This document shows positions 37,970 to 48,449 of a stretch of DNA of 64,000 bases, piece after piece. The position numbers were made by a program, and so were the translations under genes. The DNA comes from a virus, in the IMG/VR virus record IMGVR_UViG_3300006065_000007, positions 20,459 through 84,458 of that record; one strand, 5' to 3'. Numbering within the stretch: position 1 is the stretch's first letter; each line of letters opens with the position of its first letter. Under the pieces are notes generated by a model that saw only the letters and a list, made by a program, of their open reading frames with translations, had not been told where the DNA came from and did not search any database.

Positions 37970-39556
37970 TTAATGGTAATATTCCAATACAACATATCCA
38001 TTTGCACCGACACCAGCAATAAAGTTTGATTTAATACCACCAGAACCGCCACCACCATAATTCAAACCATCATTACCATTGGATGAATTTTTGTTATTAG
38101 CACCATTTCCACCGTCACCACCATATTCAAAAGTACCTATACCACCCGTATTACTTGATGCGTCACCACCATCACCACCAGTTCCAGCAGCACCTCCACC
38201 ACCACCAGCGGTACGATTACTTGAATTTCCACCTGAACCACCTCTATAACGTATGTCTCCAACTGAATCTATTATTGATCCTATACCACCTATACCACCA
38301 TTATCATATGATAAACCACCAGCACCGCCTTTAGCAATTATCGTTGATGTAGAATTAAACCATGAATCACCACCAGAATTACCATTATTTATTGTTCTTG
38401 TCCCACCAGAACCAACAGTAATGGTATATGTTTGATTTGGGATTACTGTTAATGTAGATTTAACATATGAACCGCCAGCACCACCTCCTCCAGCTTGTCC
38501 ATTAGATCCACCCCCATGTCCGCCAGCACCACCACCACCAATACAATGTACAACTACAGATGTTACACCTTCAGGACATATCCATGTTGAATTTGAAGTA
38601 AATCCGGTTATTACTAACATTGCAGATGTCGGACTAACTGTAGGTGTTGGTGTATTGGTTACAGTCGGTGTATATGTTGGTGTTATACTTAATGTTGGTG
38701 TAATGGTTTGTGTTGGTGTATTACTAACCGTTGGTGTAATGGTTTGTGTTGGTGTATTACTAACCGTTGGTGTAATGGTTACCGTTGGTGTATATGTTGG
38801 TGTAACTGTTGTTGTTACTGTTGGTGTAATGGTTACCGTTGGTGTAATGGTTACCGTTGGTGTAATGGTTACTGTTGGTGTAATGGTTACAGTTGGTGTA
38901 ATAGTTTGTGTTGGTGTAGGGGTAGTAGGAATAGACGTACTAGTAACCGTTGGTGTAATAGTTTGTGTTGGTGTATTACTAACCGTTGGTGTAATAGTTT
39001 GTGTTGGTGTATTACTAACCGTTGGTGTAATAGTTTGTGTTGGTGTAGGGGTAGTAGGAATAGACGTACTAGTAACCGTTGGTGTAATGGTTTTAGTTAT
39101 GGTTGGTGTAATAGTCTTGGTTGGTGTATATGTTGGTGTTAATGATTTAGTAGGCGTTAATGTAATGGTTTGAGTTGGGGTTGGTGTGATAAATGGATTT
39201 ATAAACGATGTCCAATAACCATTAGATTCTAACCACGATAATGCTGATAAAATATCGTTAACAGTATAATTAGATAAAACATGAACTAAATTTATAAAAC
39301 TTTGAACTGTTAAATCATCAGTTTTCCAAAACTGTACATTTCCTATGTTACCAATAGGTGTAGGGTGATCTTGTGTTAATACAGGTTGACAAATAATATA
39401 CCCATATTCCTCGTCTGGACCATTCCACCATGTAATATCAGAATCGTTAACAGGTATAATAGTACTATTATCAGCAATAAGTAATTTACCTACATTTTTA
39501 AAATTATTAATTGTTTTTTGTTTTGGGTTAAACCCTACTACTCTACTATATGACAT
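37970..39556 (-). CDS. Tail fibre/appendage-like protein with Thr-Pro mucin-like stalk and Gly-rich C-terminal domain
   Basis: About 185 aa of TPT/VT repeats, then TWICPEGVTSVVVHCIGGGGAGG Gly-rich domain. Confidence 0.7.
   Translation of the reverse strand: MSYSRVVGFNPKQKTINNFKNVGKLLIADNSTIIPVNDSDITWWNGPDEEYGYIICQPVLTQDHPTPIGNIGNVQFWKTDDLTVQSFINLVHVLSNYTVNDILSALSWLESNGYWTSFINPFITPTPTQTITLTPTKSLTPTYTPTKTITPTITKTITPTVTSTSIPTTPTPTQTITPTVSNTPTQTITPTVSNTPTQTITPTVTSTSIPTTPTPTQTITPTVTITPTVTITPTVTITPTVTITPTVTTTVTPTYTPTVTITPTVSNTPTQTITPTVSNTPTQTITPTLSITPTYTPTVTNTPTPTVSPTSAMLVITGFTSNSTWICPEGVTSVVVHCIGGGGAGGHGGGSNGQAGGGGAGGSYVKSTLTVIPNQTYTITVGSGGTRTINNGNSGGDSWFNSTSTIIAKGGAGGLSYDNGGIGGIGSIIDSVGDIRYRGGSGGNSSNRTAGGGGGAAGTGGDGGDASSNTGGIGTFEYGGDGGNGANNKNSSNGNDGLNYGGGGSGGIKSNFIAGVGANGYVVLEYYH
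38640..39190. repeat. Imperfect tandem repeats (18 bp and 36 bp units) encoding TITPTV/SNTPTQ
   Basis: Recurrent GTTGGTGTAATGGTT and GTGTTGGTGTATTACTAACC units. Confidence 0.9.
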
Positions 39557-39574
39557 TTAATGATTAATTTTTAT

Positions 39575-40594
39575 TTAGGATACATTAGATATACAAATTG
39601 ATTTACAATCAACAATATTAAAAATACTTTTTATTTTAGTAATATAATGATGTTTTACATTTAAATAATTTAATGGTTCTTCAAAATATTTAACACTTTT
39701 CATGTTAAATTTAGTAAACCCATTATGTATATTCATAATACCATTTGTACCACCACCCCAAATTTGTACTAACAAATTTTCGGATTCTCTTTTAGATGGT
39801 ATAATTTCCTCCCAATTTTCAAGTTTATAAATTGGATAACCATTTAGATAAATTTTTAAAATACCTAATCTACTATTTTTTTCTTTCAACCATTTTTGAT
39901 TTAACACTTCAATTAATTGATAATTTGGTGTTTCACCTGTTATTACATTTAAAACATTGGAAATAGTATATCCTGTTATCAAATCATTTAAACCCCCCTC
40001 ATTTAATATATCACAATCTTTTAATTCTTTATACCGTTCAAATGTAATAGTTATATTAAAATTTCCTTCATCTATACAAAGTGTTGGTGTCATACCTGTT
40101 TCTATTTCATATGTTGGAGTAAAACCTGAAATTTCATCACAATATAGGGAATATCTTATTGTTTGCCATAAAATTTTCTTGTCTGGCGTAAATGAAAAAC
40201 TAAGATTATTATCAGCATAATTTAAAGGTTCATTTTCATTTTTTATACCCCAATAATAAAAAACATTTGATTCATCCCAAGTGTTATTTTCCTTATCAAA
40301 TACAAAATCCAATGTCCATCCTTTTTCTGTTCTAGGTTTTATAATAAAAACATCACAATCATCTATTACTACTGATTCGTTAATTATAAATTCAAGTGGT
40401 TTATAGTCATTTAATAGACCATTTAAACAAGTAGAATCAAAAATAAGAGATTCATAATTTTTAGGGGTATTAAAATCTAAAATATCAGTATAAATGTCAT
40501 TAACATTTGTTAATTCATAATCATAATATTCTGAATGATCTAACTTAACATTTAATTTATGACCATAAAAGTTAAAAATATTTTGTGTATTCAT
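39575..40594 (-). CDS. Hypothetical structural protein (likely start MNTQNIF at 40594)
   Basis: Late-type motif GATATTTATT just upstream; GWTLDFVF, FYYWG blocks. Confidence 0.55.
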   Translation of the reverse strand: MNTQNIFNFYGHKLNVKLDHSEYYDYELTNVNDIYTDILDFNTPKNYESLIFDSTCLNGLLNDYKPLEFIINESVVIDDCDVFIIKPRTEKGWTLDFVFDKENNTWDESNVFYYWGIKNENEPLNYADNNLSFSFTPDKKILWQTIRYSLYCDEISGFTPTYEIETGMTPTLCIDEGNFNITITFERYKELKDCDILNEGGLNDLITGYTISNVLNVITGETPNYQLIEVLNQKWLKEKNSRLGILKIYLNGYPIYKLENWEEIIPSKRESENLLVQIWGGGTNGIMNIHNGFTKFNMKSVKYFEEPLNYLNVKHHYITKIKSIFNIVDCKSICISNVS

Positions 40595-40646
40595 ATTAAT
40601 AATAAATATCTTTACATTCATTTGATATTTATATTAAAACAAATAA

Positions 40647-41729
40647 ATGGATCACTTTATTAAACAAATAATTGAAGAAAAATTTGCATCAAAGAAACAA
40701 CAAAAGTTTTTCTTTGCGAAAGCAAATGATAAGTCTTTATCTAAGGAAGAAAAAAAGAAATGGTCTAAATGGGCTAATGAGTTTTCTAGTAAAACAAATT
40801 TTAAAAAATTACCTGAAAAAGTGGAAAAAGATGTTGATGAAGATTATACAGTAATGAATACAGATGACGATAATTTTAATAAAGATACATTATATCATTA
40901 TACTGTTATAGCATATATAGACACAAATAAAAGAATTAAAAAACATCTAGATTCAATAGAAGAAGTACAAGATTTTGCAAATAGAATGGTAAAAGAAAAA
41001 TCTGTAGAAGCTTTAGAAATATCACGAATAGATCAAGAAGGAATAAATAAAATTTTATATTATATCTATGATCAAGATAATGATTCGTGGACAAAAGTTA
41101 AAACTTTACCATATAAAGAATTTAACAAATCTGAAGGTGATATTGATGAAGTTGTGGATTATAATGGTAATATAATTAGAGGTACTAAACCTACTGACGC
41201 AAATACAAAAGGTGTTACACAAAAAAGAATGACAGATAGGGTTGTTAAAAGTGGTATGGGTATGATGGGTACATTCGGTATTGCCGGTGGTGGTAATACT
41301 CATAGAACATTAAGATATTGGGCAGAATCAGACATGAGTAAAATGTTAGGGTATGAAAACACATTAGGTGATAATGAAGATTATGAAACAGCAAAGGAAT
41401 ACTTTCAAGATGATTTAGGATTAACACCACAAGAAACAGAAGAAAGATTAGATCAAATGGGTTATGATGAACAATTACCTGATGAAAAAGTTAGATTAGT
41501 TGAAACACCAAAAAAATTTATTGAAGAATATATAGAAAGTTTATTATCTAAAAAAAATAAACCTAACGATATTGTTGAAAAAGATAATGTAGAAAAAAAT
41601 GTTACACCAATAATTAAAAAACAACTTAAAGTTTTATTGAAGACATTAGAAAAAAATAATTTATCTTTAAAAGATGTTTTAAGTCAAATAGAAAACGATG
41701 AACAAAAAACTGACGGAAACGACATATAA
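40647..41729 (+). CDS. Hypothetical, probable internal head protein
   Basis: N-terminal QIIEEKFASKKQQKFFFAK; acidic; late-type motif upstream. Confidence 0.55.
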   Translation: MDHFIKQIIEEKFASKKQQKFFFAKANDKSLSKEEKKKWSKWANEFSSKTNFKKLPEKVEKDVDEDYTVMNTDDDNFNKDTLYHYTVIAYIDTNKRIKKHLDSIEEVQDFANRMVKEKSVEALEISRIDQEGINKILYYIYDQDNDSWTKVKTLPYKEFNKSEGDIDEVVDYNGNIIRGTKPTDANTKGVTQKRMTDRVVKSGMGMMGTFGIAGGGNTHRTLRYWAESDMSKMLGYENTLGDNEDYETAKEYFQDDLGLTPQETEERLDQMGYDEQLPDEKVRLVETPKKFIEEYIESLLSKKNKPNDIVEKDNVEKNVTPIIKKQLKVLLKTLEKNNLSLKDVLSQIENDEQKTDGNDI

Positions 41730-42174
41730 TTTACCAGATGATGTTATTAAACATCTTAATCATTATATCACAGTTTATAAAGGTAATAATGACGGAATAA
41801 AACGTGCACAAAATTTATTAACCAATAAAAAAGTTAATTATGGTGAATTAAAAAGAATTTTACATGATTTGGAATATTCTGATAATCCCGAAAAGTTTAA
41901 TCTTTATGGTGGAGAACCTATGAAAAAATGGGGATGGTCAATATTGGGAAATGAACGTGACTTAATTTTAAAAAATAAAAAAATGTCACAGACTAGTAAA
42001 AATATAACAGGATTAGGTAAAAATCCTTTTAATAAAAAACATACAAAAAAACAATCTTTTTTTTCACCACCTAATTTTTTTAAAAGTAATTCCGATGTTA
42101 ATTCTGTAAGTTCTATATTACCGTCAACTAAACTATTTGAAGAAATAAAAAGAATTAAAAATTTAATGAACTAA
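41698..42174 (+). CDS. Hypothetical protein
   Basis: C-terminal LFEEIKRIKNLM motif shared with other head-type proteins. Confidence 0.55.
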   Translation: MNKKLTETTYNLPDDVIKHLNHYITVYKGNNDGIKRAQNLLTNKKVNYGELKRILHDLEYSDNPEKFNLYGGEPMKKWGWSILGNERDLILKNKKMSQTSKNITGLGKNPFNKKHTKKQSFFSPPNFFKSNSDVNSVSSILPSTKLFEEIKRIKNLMN

Positions 42175-42728
42175 TGGAAAATAATAATATAAAAGAGCTT
42201 GAAATAATATCAAAAGCACAAAGAGAAATACATTTAAGTAAAAATATATATGACCCATTTAAAACATATGGTTCATCACATCCTAACGCTATTTCTGATG
42301 GTGATGAGAAAGGTAAAGGACAAATAGACGATAGTGGTTCTATTGGTTCAAAAACAGATATATTAACAAGAACCGAAAATACTTTAAAAAATCATTATAA
42401 CGAAAATAAAGGTTATGGTGTTACCCATCCTAACGCTATTTCTGATGGTGATGAGAAAGGTAAAGGACAAATAGACGATACTGGATCTGTTGGTTCATCG
42501 ATAGATATTGAAAGAAGAAAATTTAATATGGGAAAAAATTTTTATAATAATAATAACGGATATGGTATCACTCATCCTAACGCTATTTCTGATGGAGATG
42601 AAAAAGGTAAAGGACAAATAGATGATACTGGATCTGTTGGTTCATCAATAGATATCGAAAAAAGAACATTTAATTTAACAAAAAACCCATATAATCAAAA
42701 AAAATCATATCCAGATTTTAATGTTTAA
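42174..42728 (+). CDS. Hypothetical protein with three 49 aa repeats
   Basis: HPNAISDGDEKGKGQIDDxGSxGS three times, 147 nt period (42282, 42429, 42576). Confidence 0.8.
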   Translation: MENNNIKELEIISKAQREIHLSKNIYDPFKTYGSSHPNAISDGDEKGKGQIDDSGSIGSKTDILTRTENTLKNHYNENKGYGVTHPNAISDGDEKGKGQIDDTGSVGSSIDIERRKFNMGKNFYNNNNGYGITHPNAISDGDEKGKGQIDDTGSVGSSIDIEKRTFNLTKNPYNQKKSYPDFNV

Positions 42729-43578
42729 ACTATTAGATACATATACCAATGTAATTTTACTCGAACAAGATCAGAGTAAATTAATGTTATTACGAAAAGC
42801 TATTAATGAGAGAATACCTATTACAATTAATTATAAAGGTCCATCACCAGAAGTTTTATCAGGTGTTAGGTATGATATTGAACCAATCGTATTAGGAAAT
42901 CATTTTAAAAGTGGTAATTTAGTTTTCTGGGCTTATGTATTTAAAGGTACATCTAAAAAAGGTATACCTAATTGGAAAATGTTTAGAGTAGATAGGGTAG
43001 ATACAATTAAATTTAATTTGGGAATTGCACCTTTTGAATTAGACAATATTCCAGGATATCAGAAAGGTAAAGCACCTAATTTGATGAAATCACTAAATCC
43101 TGTACATATATTTTCACCTTACTGGAACAAAAAATGGAAAAAATGGGATAGTGAAATTATTAAAAGAACACCAGAACCAGAAAAAGAACTTAAACCAACA
43201 AAAACAATACCAACACCAGTACAAAAAGATAAATATCCAATTGAAAAACCAGAAATTAGCACGAAAAAATACGATGAAGAAATCTTTTCTATGTTACAAA
43301 ATAAAATTAATAATGTAGATGGTGTTAAAACAATTAATATTAATGATTTTGAAACCGCTGTTAAAAATCTTTATAATAAAAAGGTAGATGAATGGATAAG
43401 TTATCAAAAAATCATTTCTGGTAATGTTAAACCAGGGGAAGGTACAAGAAAAAGATTTGATTCTGAATCTAGAAGTGAGTTAACAAATCTTTTAAATAAA
43501 AATAATATAAAAATAGAAAATATCACAAATAATTTATCAGAAACCATTAAAAGGTTGAAAAAATTGATAACATATTGA
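42721..43578 (+). CDS. WYL-domain protein
   Basis: AINERIPITINY..RYDIEPIVLG..FWAY..WKMFRVDRV. Confidence 0.8.
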   Translation: MFKLLDTYTNVILLEQDQSKLMLLRKAINERIPITINYKGPSPEVLSGVRYDIEPIVLGNHFKSGNLVFWAYVFKGTSKKGIPNWKMFRVDRVDTIKFNLGIAPFELDNIPGYQKGKAPNLMKSLNPVHIFSPYWNKKWKKWDSEIIKRTPEPEKELKPTKTIPTPVQKDKYPIEKPEISTKKYDEEIFSMLQNKINNVDGVKTININDFETAVKNLYNKKVDEWISYQKIISGNVKPGEGTRKRFDSESRSELTNLLNKNNIKIENITNNLSETIKRLKKLITY

Positions 43579-43621
43579 TTTTAAATTTAAAATTTTTTAT
43601 ATTTAACTTAAAAGTAGAATT

Positions 43622-44209
43622 ATGAATACATTAATGGAAAAGTTAGCAATAGCTAAAAAAATAATGGATAAAGTAGATAGTGGGTCATATGAAAAAGGTC
43701 AAATAAATGAAACTATATTACGTAGTGATCCTGAAGAACTTTTAAAACAAAATCTTTCACCATCAGAAAAATCATATGAACATGATCAAACAGAACATTT
43801 AACACCCAATGTTAAACAAATAATTGATGTGGAAAAAATTAAAAATTCAAAGTTACCTGAGGCTATTAAAGAAGCAATGATTAAAAACCCTATACAACAA
43901 TTTCCTTTTAATGAATCTATAGATAAAAAAATTATCGATGGAGCTAAACGACTAATGAATGAAGATACTAAAAAAACTACTACACAACTTAAATCTGTAC
44001 ATAATAACATCAATCAACATCATTTAATAGAACAATTAACACCTGTAATAGAAAATATAGTAAGAAAAACAATAACTGAAATATTAGATACAAAGTTAAA
44101 TCAAATATTAACTGCTCAACAGGTTATGTCTATAAACGAAAATTTGGTTTTAAAAGTTGGTGACTCAATTTTTAAAGGAAAAATAACAGGTGTAAATAAA
44201 CCTAAATAA
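43622..44209 (+). CDS. Hypothetical protein
   Basis: 195 aa ORF, SKLPEAIKEAMIKNPI block. Confidence 0.6.
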   Translation: MNTLMEKLAIAKKIMDKVDSGSYEKGQINETILRSDPEELLKQNLSPSEKSYEHDQTEHLTPNVKQIIDVEKIKNSKLPEAIKEAMIKNPIQQFPFNESIDKKIIDGAKRLMNEDTKKTTTQLKSVHNNINQHHLIEQLTPVIENIVRKTITEILDTKLNQILTAQQVMSINENLVLKVGDSIFKGKITGVNKPK

Positions 44210-44235
44210 TTGTTTCGTTATCTTTTTTTTTTTTT

Positions 44236-44273
44236 AAAAAAATACGATTATTTTTTTAATCGTATTTTTTTTT
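44236..44273. terminator. Terminator
   Basis: A7-TACGATTA-tttttt-TAATCGTA-T run. Confidence 0.8.
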
Positions 44274-44342
44274 ATTTGTTTTTTTATGTATATTTTATAA
44301 CATAAATTAAAAAAATATGTATATTTTATATAATAAAAAGAT

Positions 44343-45575
44343 ATGTCTAAAATTAAAATATTAGCTATTTCACCAGATAATCATGGTGTGGGTAAATATA
44401 GAATAATAAACCCATATACACATTTACAAGAAAATTTTAGTGAAGATTTTCATATTGACATTAAAATGGATGTACCAAATGACGATAATGAGTTTTATAA
44501 CTATGATATTATAGTTTTACATACAGCCATTCATAAAACAGTTTCTTTTCAAGAAAACATTAAAAGAATAGATTGGTTAAAAAGAAACAATAAAATCGTT
44601 GTGGTTGATTTGGACGATTATTGGGATCCAGATAAAAATCATCCTAATTATTTAAATATAATTAAAGCAGGCGTACCTAAAAATAAAATTGAATTAATGA
44701 AAAACGCCTCATTTGTTACAACAACAACACCTATTTTTAGAGATTCAATTATAAAAAAAATAGGTATAAAAAATGTGGTTGTTTTTCCTAATGCAATTGA
44801 TGAAAATGAATTACAATTTAAATCTAATAAAACAAATTCAGATAAAATTAGATTTGGTTGGTTAGGTGGTTCATCACATTTACATGATTTAAATTTATTA
44901 AAATCAGGAATACAAGTAATTTTTGATAATTATATAGAAAAAGTTCAATTCGTCTTATGTGGTTTTGATACTAGAGGTACAATGTCTTTTTTAAACAAAA
45001 AAACAGGAAAAAAAGAAACAAGAAAAATTTTACCACAGGAAACAACTTGGTTTTTGTACGAAAAGTTTTTCACAAACAATTATAAGATAATAGATAAAGA
45101 CTATTTAACATTTTTATTAAGTTTTACTGAATCACCCGATTATGATGATTCTAATAAACCATATAGAAGAATATGGACTAAAGACATAAACAAATATGCT
45201 TATAATTATAATCTTTTCGATGTTTCATTAGCACCACTAGTAAATAATGTATTTAACAATAACAAATCTCAACTAAAAGTAATTGAATCAGGTTTTCATA
45301 AAAAAGCACTAATTGCAAGTGAATGTGAACCATATACGTTAGATTTAATAGGTTTATATGATAAAGGTGGAACAATAAACCCAAAGGGTAATGCGTTATT
45401 TGTACCTGAACATAAATCACATAAATTATGGGGTCAACATATGAAAAGATTAATCGATAATCCTAATATGATTGAAGATTTAGGTAATAAGTTATATGAA
45501 ACTGTTTATCCAAAATATTCTCTTATGACGGTTAATAAACTCAGATCGGAATTTTTTAAAACAATTAACAAATAA
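44343..45575 (+). CDS. GT-B (GT4-like) glycosyltransferase
   Basis: GVGKYRI, DLDDYW, VFPNAID, GWLGGSSHLHDL, DVSLAPL..FNNNKSQLKVIE. Confidence 0.85.
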   Translation: MSKIKILAISPDNHGVGKYRIINPYTHLQENFSEDFHIDIKMDVPNDDNEFYNYDIIVLHTAIHKTVSFQENIKRIDWLKRNNKIVVVDLDDYWDPDKNHPNYLNIIKAGVPKNKIELMKNASFVTTTTPIFRDSIIKKIGIKNVVVFPNAIDENELQFKSNKTNSDKIRFGWLGGSSHLHDLNLLKSGIQVIFDNYIEKVQFVLCGFDTRGTMSFLNKKTGKKETRKILPQETTWFLYEKFFTNNYKIIDKDYLTFLLSFTESPDYDDSNKPYRRIWTKDINKYAYNYNLFDVSLAPLVNNVFNNNKSQLKVIESGFHKKALIASECEPYTLDLIGLYDKGGTINPKGNALFVPEHKSHKLWGQHMKRLIDNPNMIEDLGNKLYETVYPKYSLMTVNKLRSEFFKTINK

Positions 45576-45586
45576 ATATTAAAATT

Positions 45587-45838
45587 ATGTATTATTTAGT
45601 AACAGTCGGGTATGAAACCGAAAATTTAGACAGGGAAGGTAACCCAAGAATTAAAAAAACCAAGTATCTAGTTGAAGCTGAATCAGCTGAAGAAGTCACT
45701 ATCATAGTAGCTAAATATAGATCTGAAGATAGTAGATCTAGTAAAACTATGACAATTAATGAAATGGGAATTGAATGTGTCATAGACACAAGAAACACCC
45801 CACAGTATTACAACTCAAAAAAAAATAATTATGATTAA
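45587..45838 (+). CDS. Small protein, DUF4494-like
   Basis: KKTKYLVEAESAEE motif. Confidence 0.5.
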   Translation: MYYLVTVGYETENLDREGNPRIKKTKYLVEAESAEEVTIIVAKYRSEDSRSSKTMTINEMGIECVIDTRNTPQYYNSKKNNYD

Positions 45839-46406
45839 TGCAGTAAAAATAGAAAAAAATAAAAAAAAGTTCTTAGAAACGTGTAGAAAATACCAAATAT
45901 TTACTGCGGAATTAGAGGGTTTCTTGGGGGAAGATATTTTTCTTTCCCCAGCCTCACCCTCATTAGATATGTATGGGTGTTATCCAGGTGGATTAGTTGA
46001 CCACTTACTTAAAGTTTGTAAATATTCAATTGAAATAAACCACCTATTACCTGAAAATATTAGAGTTAGTGATGAAAAAATAATCAAGGTTGTTTTTTTA
46101 TCTCAAATAGGTAAAACGTTTTTATATAAACCAAACGAAAGTGAATGGCATAAAAAAACATTAGGTAAATTATATAAATATAGGGATGATGAATTAATAG
46201 TTATGTCTGTTGGTGAAAGATCCATATATTATGCAACAAAATATGGTGTTTCTTTTACCGAAGAAGAATACCAAGCAATAATAAATTCGGATAAAGAAGG
46301 TACTGAAAAATCTATACGATGGGTTTCAAAACCTTTAACACATATAATAAAATTAGGCTTTGAAATGGCCGTATTAGAAGAAAAACATGAAATCAAAAAA
46401 AATTGA
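45831..46406 (+). CDS. HD-domain (YhaM-like) protein with degenerate active site
   Basis: YPGGLVDHLLKV present, but canonical LHDIGK appears as LSQIGK. Confidence 0.65.
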   Translation: MINAVKIEKNKKKFLETCRKYQIFTAELEGFLGEDIFLSPASPSLDMYGCYPGGLVDHLLKVCKYSIEINHLLPENIRVSDEKIIKVVFLSQIGKTFLYKPNESEWHKKTLGKLYKYRDDELIVMSVGERSIYYATKYGVSFTEEEYQAIINSDKEGTEKSIRWVSKPLTHIIKLGFEMAVLEEKHEIKKN

Positions 46407-46995
46407 ACAATACATTAAAGAATTCACAGAATTAAACAATCTTATATCAAAAATAGAAGACGATGATGATTTTACTGAAGTTGAAAACATCAATAAAGAA
46501 TTGAATCAGTTATTAGATTCATTAAATAGTGAATTATACTTAACAGATAACAAAGAAAATTCTAATTCTTTACAAGTTAATATAAAATTATTACACGAAA
46601 ATGCAATAATTCCTGAATATTCAAAAGATGGTGATGCTGGAATGGATTTAACAATAACAGATATAAAAGAAGAAACTGAAAATTTAATAGTATATGGTTT
46701 TGGTATCGCTGTTGAAATACCCAAAGGATACGTTGGATTAATATTTTCTCGTTCATCGGTTAGAAGAACGGATTTAATATTATCTAATTGTGTTGGAATT
46801 ATAGATTCTGGATATCGAGGAGAAATTATGGGTTCTTTCAGAAAAACACATCAACATTTGTTAAATAAATATAAAGTGGGTGAAAGAGCAGCACAAATTT
46901 TAATTATACCATATCCTAATATTCAATTTGTTGTAGTTGATGAATTAACAAAAACAGATAGAAATGACGGGGGTTTTGGTCATACGGGTAAATAA
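46387..46995 (+). CDS. dut: Trimeric dUTPase with N-terminal extension
   Basis: GDAGMDL, SRSS, GIIDSGYRGEI, ERAAQILI, RNDGGFGHTG. Confidence 0.95.
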   Translation: MKSKKIEQYIKEFTELNNLISKIEDDDDFTEVENINKELNQLLDSLNSELYLTDNKENSNSLQVNIKLLHENAIIPEYSKDGDAGMDLTITDIKEETENLIVYGFGIAVEIPKGYVGLIFSRSSVRRTDLILSNCVGIIDSGYRGEIMGSFRKTHQHLLNKYKVGERAAQILIIPYPNIQFVVVDELTKTDRNDGGFGHTGK

Positions 46996-47044
46996 GACAT
47001 ATTTATATTAGAAAAATTAATAAAAGTTTTAATAATTAAAAAAA

Positions 47045-47758
47045 TTGACAACTAAAAAAGTTAAAGTAATAGAAGAATCACGTACCCCCCATAAAGAAAG
47101 AATAAGAGAAATTTGTAAAAGACCAAAAGAAAAATTTTTAACCGAATCACAAAGAGAATATTGGGATATTCTAAGTAAAAATCAAATCACATTATGTTTT
47201 GGTCCCGCAGGTGTAGGAAAATCATTTATTGCAATGAAAAGAGCAATAGATTTGTTATGTGATATTGATAATAAATATGATAAAATCATTATCGTTAGAC
47301 CGGCAGTGGAAGCTGAAGAAAAATTAGGTTCATTACCCGGCGATTTGGAAGAAAAATTAGATCCCTATATTTATCCATCTTATTATTTGTTAAATAAAAT
47401 AATAGGAAAAACTGCAAGAGAAAGTTTAAAAAATGAAGGATTTATTGAAATTGCCGCCTTAGCTTACATGAGAGGTTGGAATGTTGATAATAGTATATTA
47501 ATTTTTGAAGAAGCACAAAATGCAACACCTTCTCAAATGAAATTATTATTAACTAGAATTGGATTTAATTCTAAATTTTTTATATCAGGTGACTTAGAAC
47601 AATCGGATAAATATAAGGATAAAGAAAAAACTAAATCAGGATTATATGATGCTAAAGTTAGGTTATCTAATGTTCCAGATATTGGGGTTTTTGAATTCAG
47701 TAATAAAGATATTGTTAGAAACCCAATTATTGGTGAAATATTAAAAAAATACGAATAA
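47045..47758 (+). CDS. phoH: PhoH-family ATPase (TTG start)
   Basis: GPAGVGKS, RPAVE..LGSLPG, AYMRG, FEEAQN, LLTRIG, GDLEQSD, VRNP. Confidence 0.95.
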   Translation: MTTKKVKVIEESRTPHKERIREICKRPKEKFLTESQREYWDILSKNQITLCFGPAGVGKSFIAMKRAIDLLCDIDNKYDKIIIVRPAVEAEEKLGSLPGDLEEKLDPYIYPSYYLLNKIIGKTARESLKNEGFIEIAALAYMRGWNVDNSILIFEEAQNATPSQMKLLLTRIGFNSKFFISGDLEQSDKYKDKEKTKSGLYDAKVRLSNVPDIGVFEFSNKDIVRNPIIGEILKKYE

Positions 47759-47795
47759 GCTTTACTTATAAATTTTTTTATCTTATAATTTATCC

Positions 47796-48449
47796 ATGAA
47801 TATTTACATAAGTATTGATGGTGTTTTAAGGAATATGATACAAAAGTTCGAGTATCATTATGTTGATAATTATTTAAACACAGAAAGTGATGTTCCTGAT
47901 GATTTTGAGTATAACGTTTATTCTCCAATCAGAAATGATGATTTAAATGTGAGTTTTCGTTTTAAATCAAAAGATCAACAGCAAGAGTTTATGTATTTAG
48001 ATTTTGCTCTTGAAATCTTTGGTCATGCGAACACAAGTTATAAAAATGTTTTTATTGAATTAAACGATTTTCTATATAAAAATAGAAAACATAACATTTA
48101 TGTTGTTGGATTAGATGAATTAGGAAAATCTAAACCAGCAACATTGTTTTTTTTATCAAAAAACGGATTTATAGGTAATAATATAAAATTTATATTATCA
48201 GAAAACATTGAAAAAGAATGGAAAAAGGTAGATTTATGGATAACTGATAATTACGATATTATTAAAAAATGTCCTAAAAATAAAAAAGTAATAAAGTTTA
48301 ATACAATATATAACGAACATTTTAAAAATACAATAGAAATAAATAAATTAACAGAAATTAAAGAATTATGGTTAAAATCTTTGGAAAAGAATACTTCATC
48401 GACATTGAAAAAGTTAGTGAAACATGTAAGTTCAATGATTCGAGTGTAG
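47796..48449 (+). CDS. HAD-fold 5'(3')-nucleotidase-like protein
   Basis: ISIDGVLRN, DLWITDN, FNTIYN; first Asp of DxDGV is Ser. Confidence 0.65.
   Translation: MNIYISIDGVLRNMIQKFEYHYVDNYLNTESDVPDDFEYNVYSPIRNDDLNVSFRFKSKDQQQEFMYLDFALEIFGHANTSYKNVFIELNDFLYKNRKHNIYVVGLDELGKSKPATLFFLSKNGFIGNNIKFILSENIEKEWKKVDLWITDNYDIIKKCPKNKKVIKFNTIYNEHFKNTIEINKLTEIKELWLKSLEKNTSSTLKKLVKHVSSMIRV

Noticed and set aside
38253-39173. Plus-strand Val/Gly-rich and Cys/Trp-rich ORFs
   Set aside because: Antisense shadows of the Thr-Pro repeat and Gly-rich domain.
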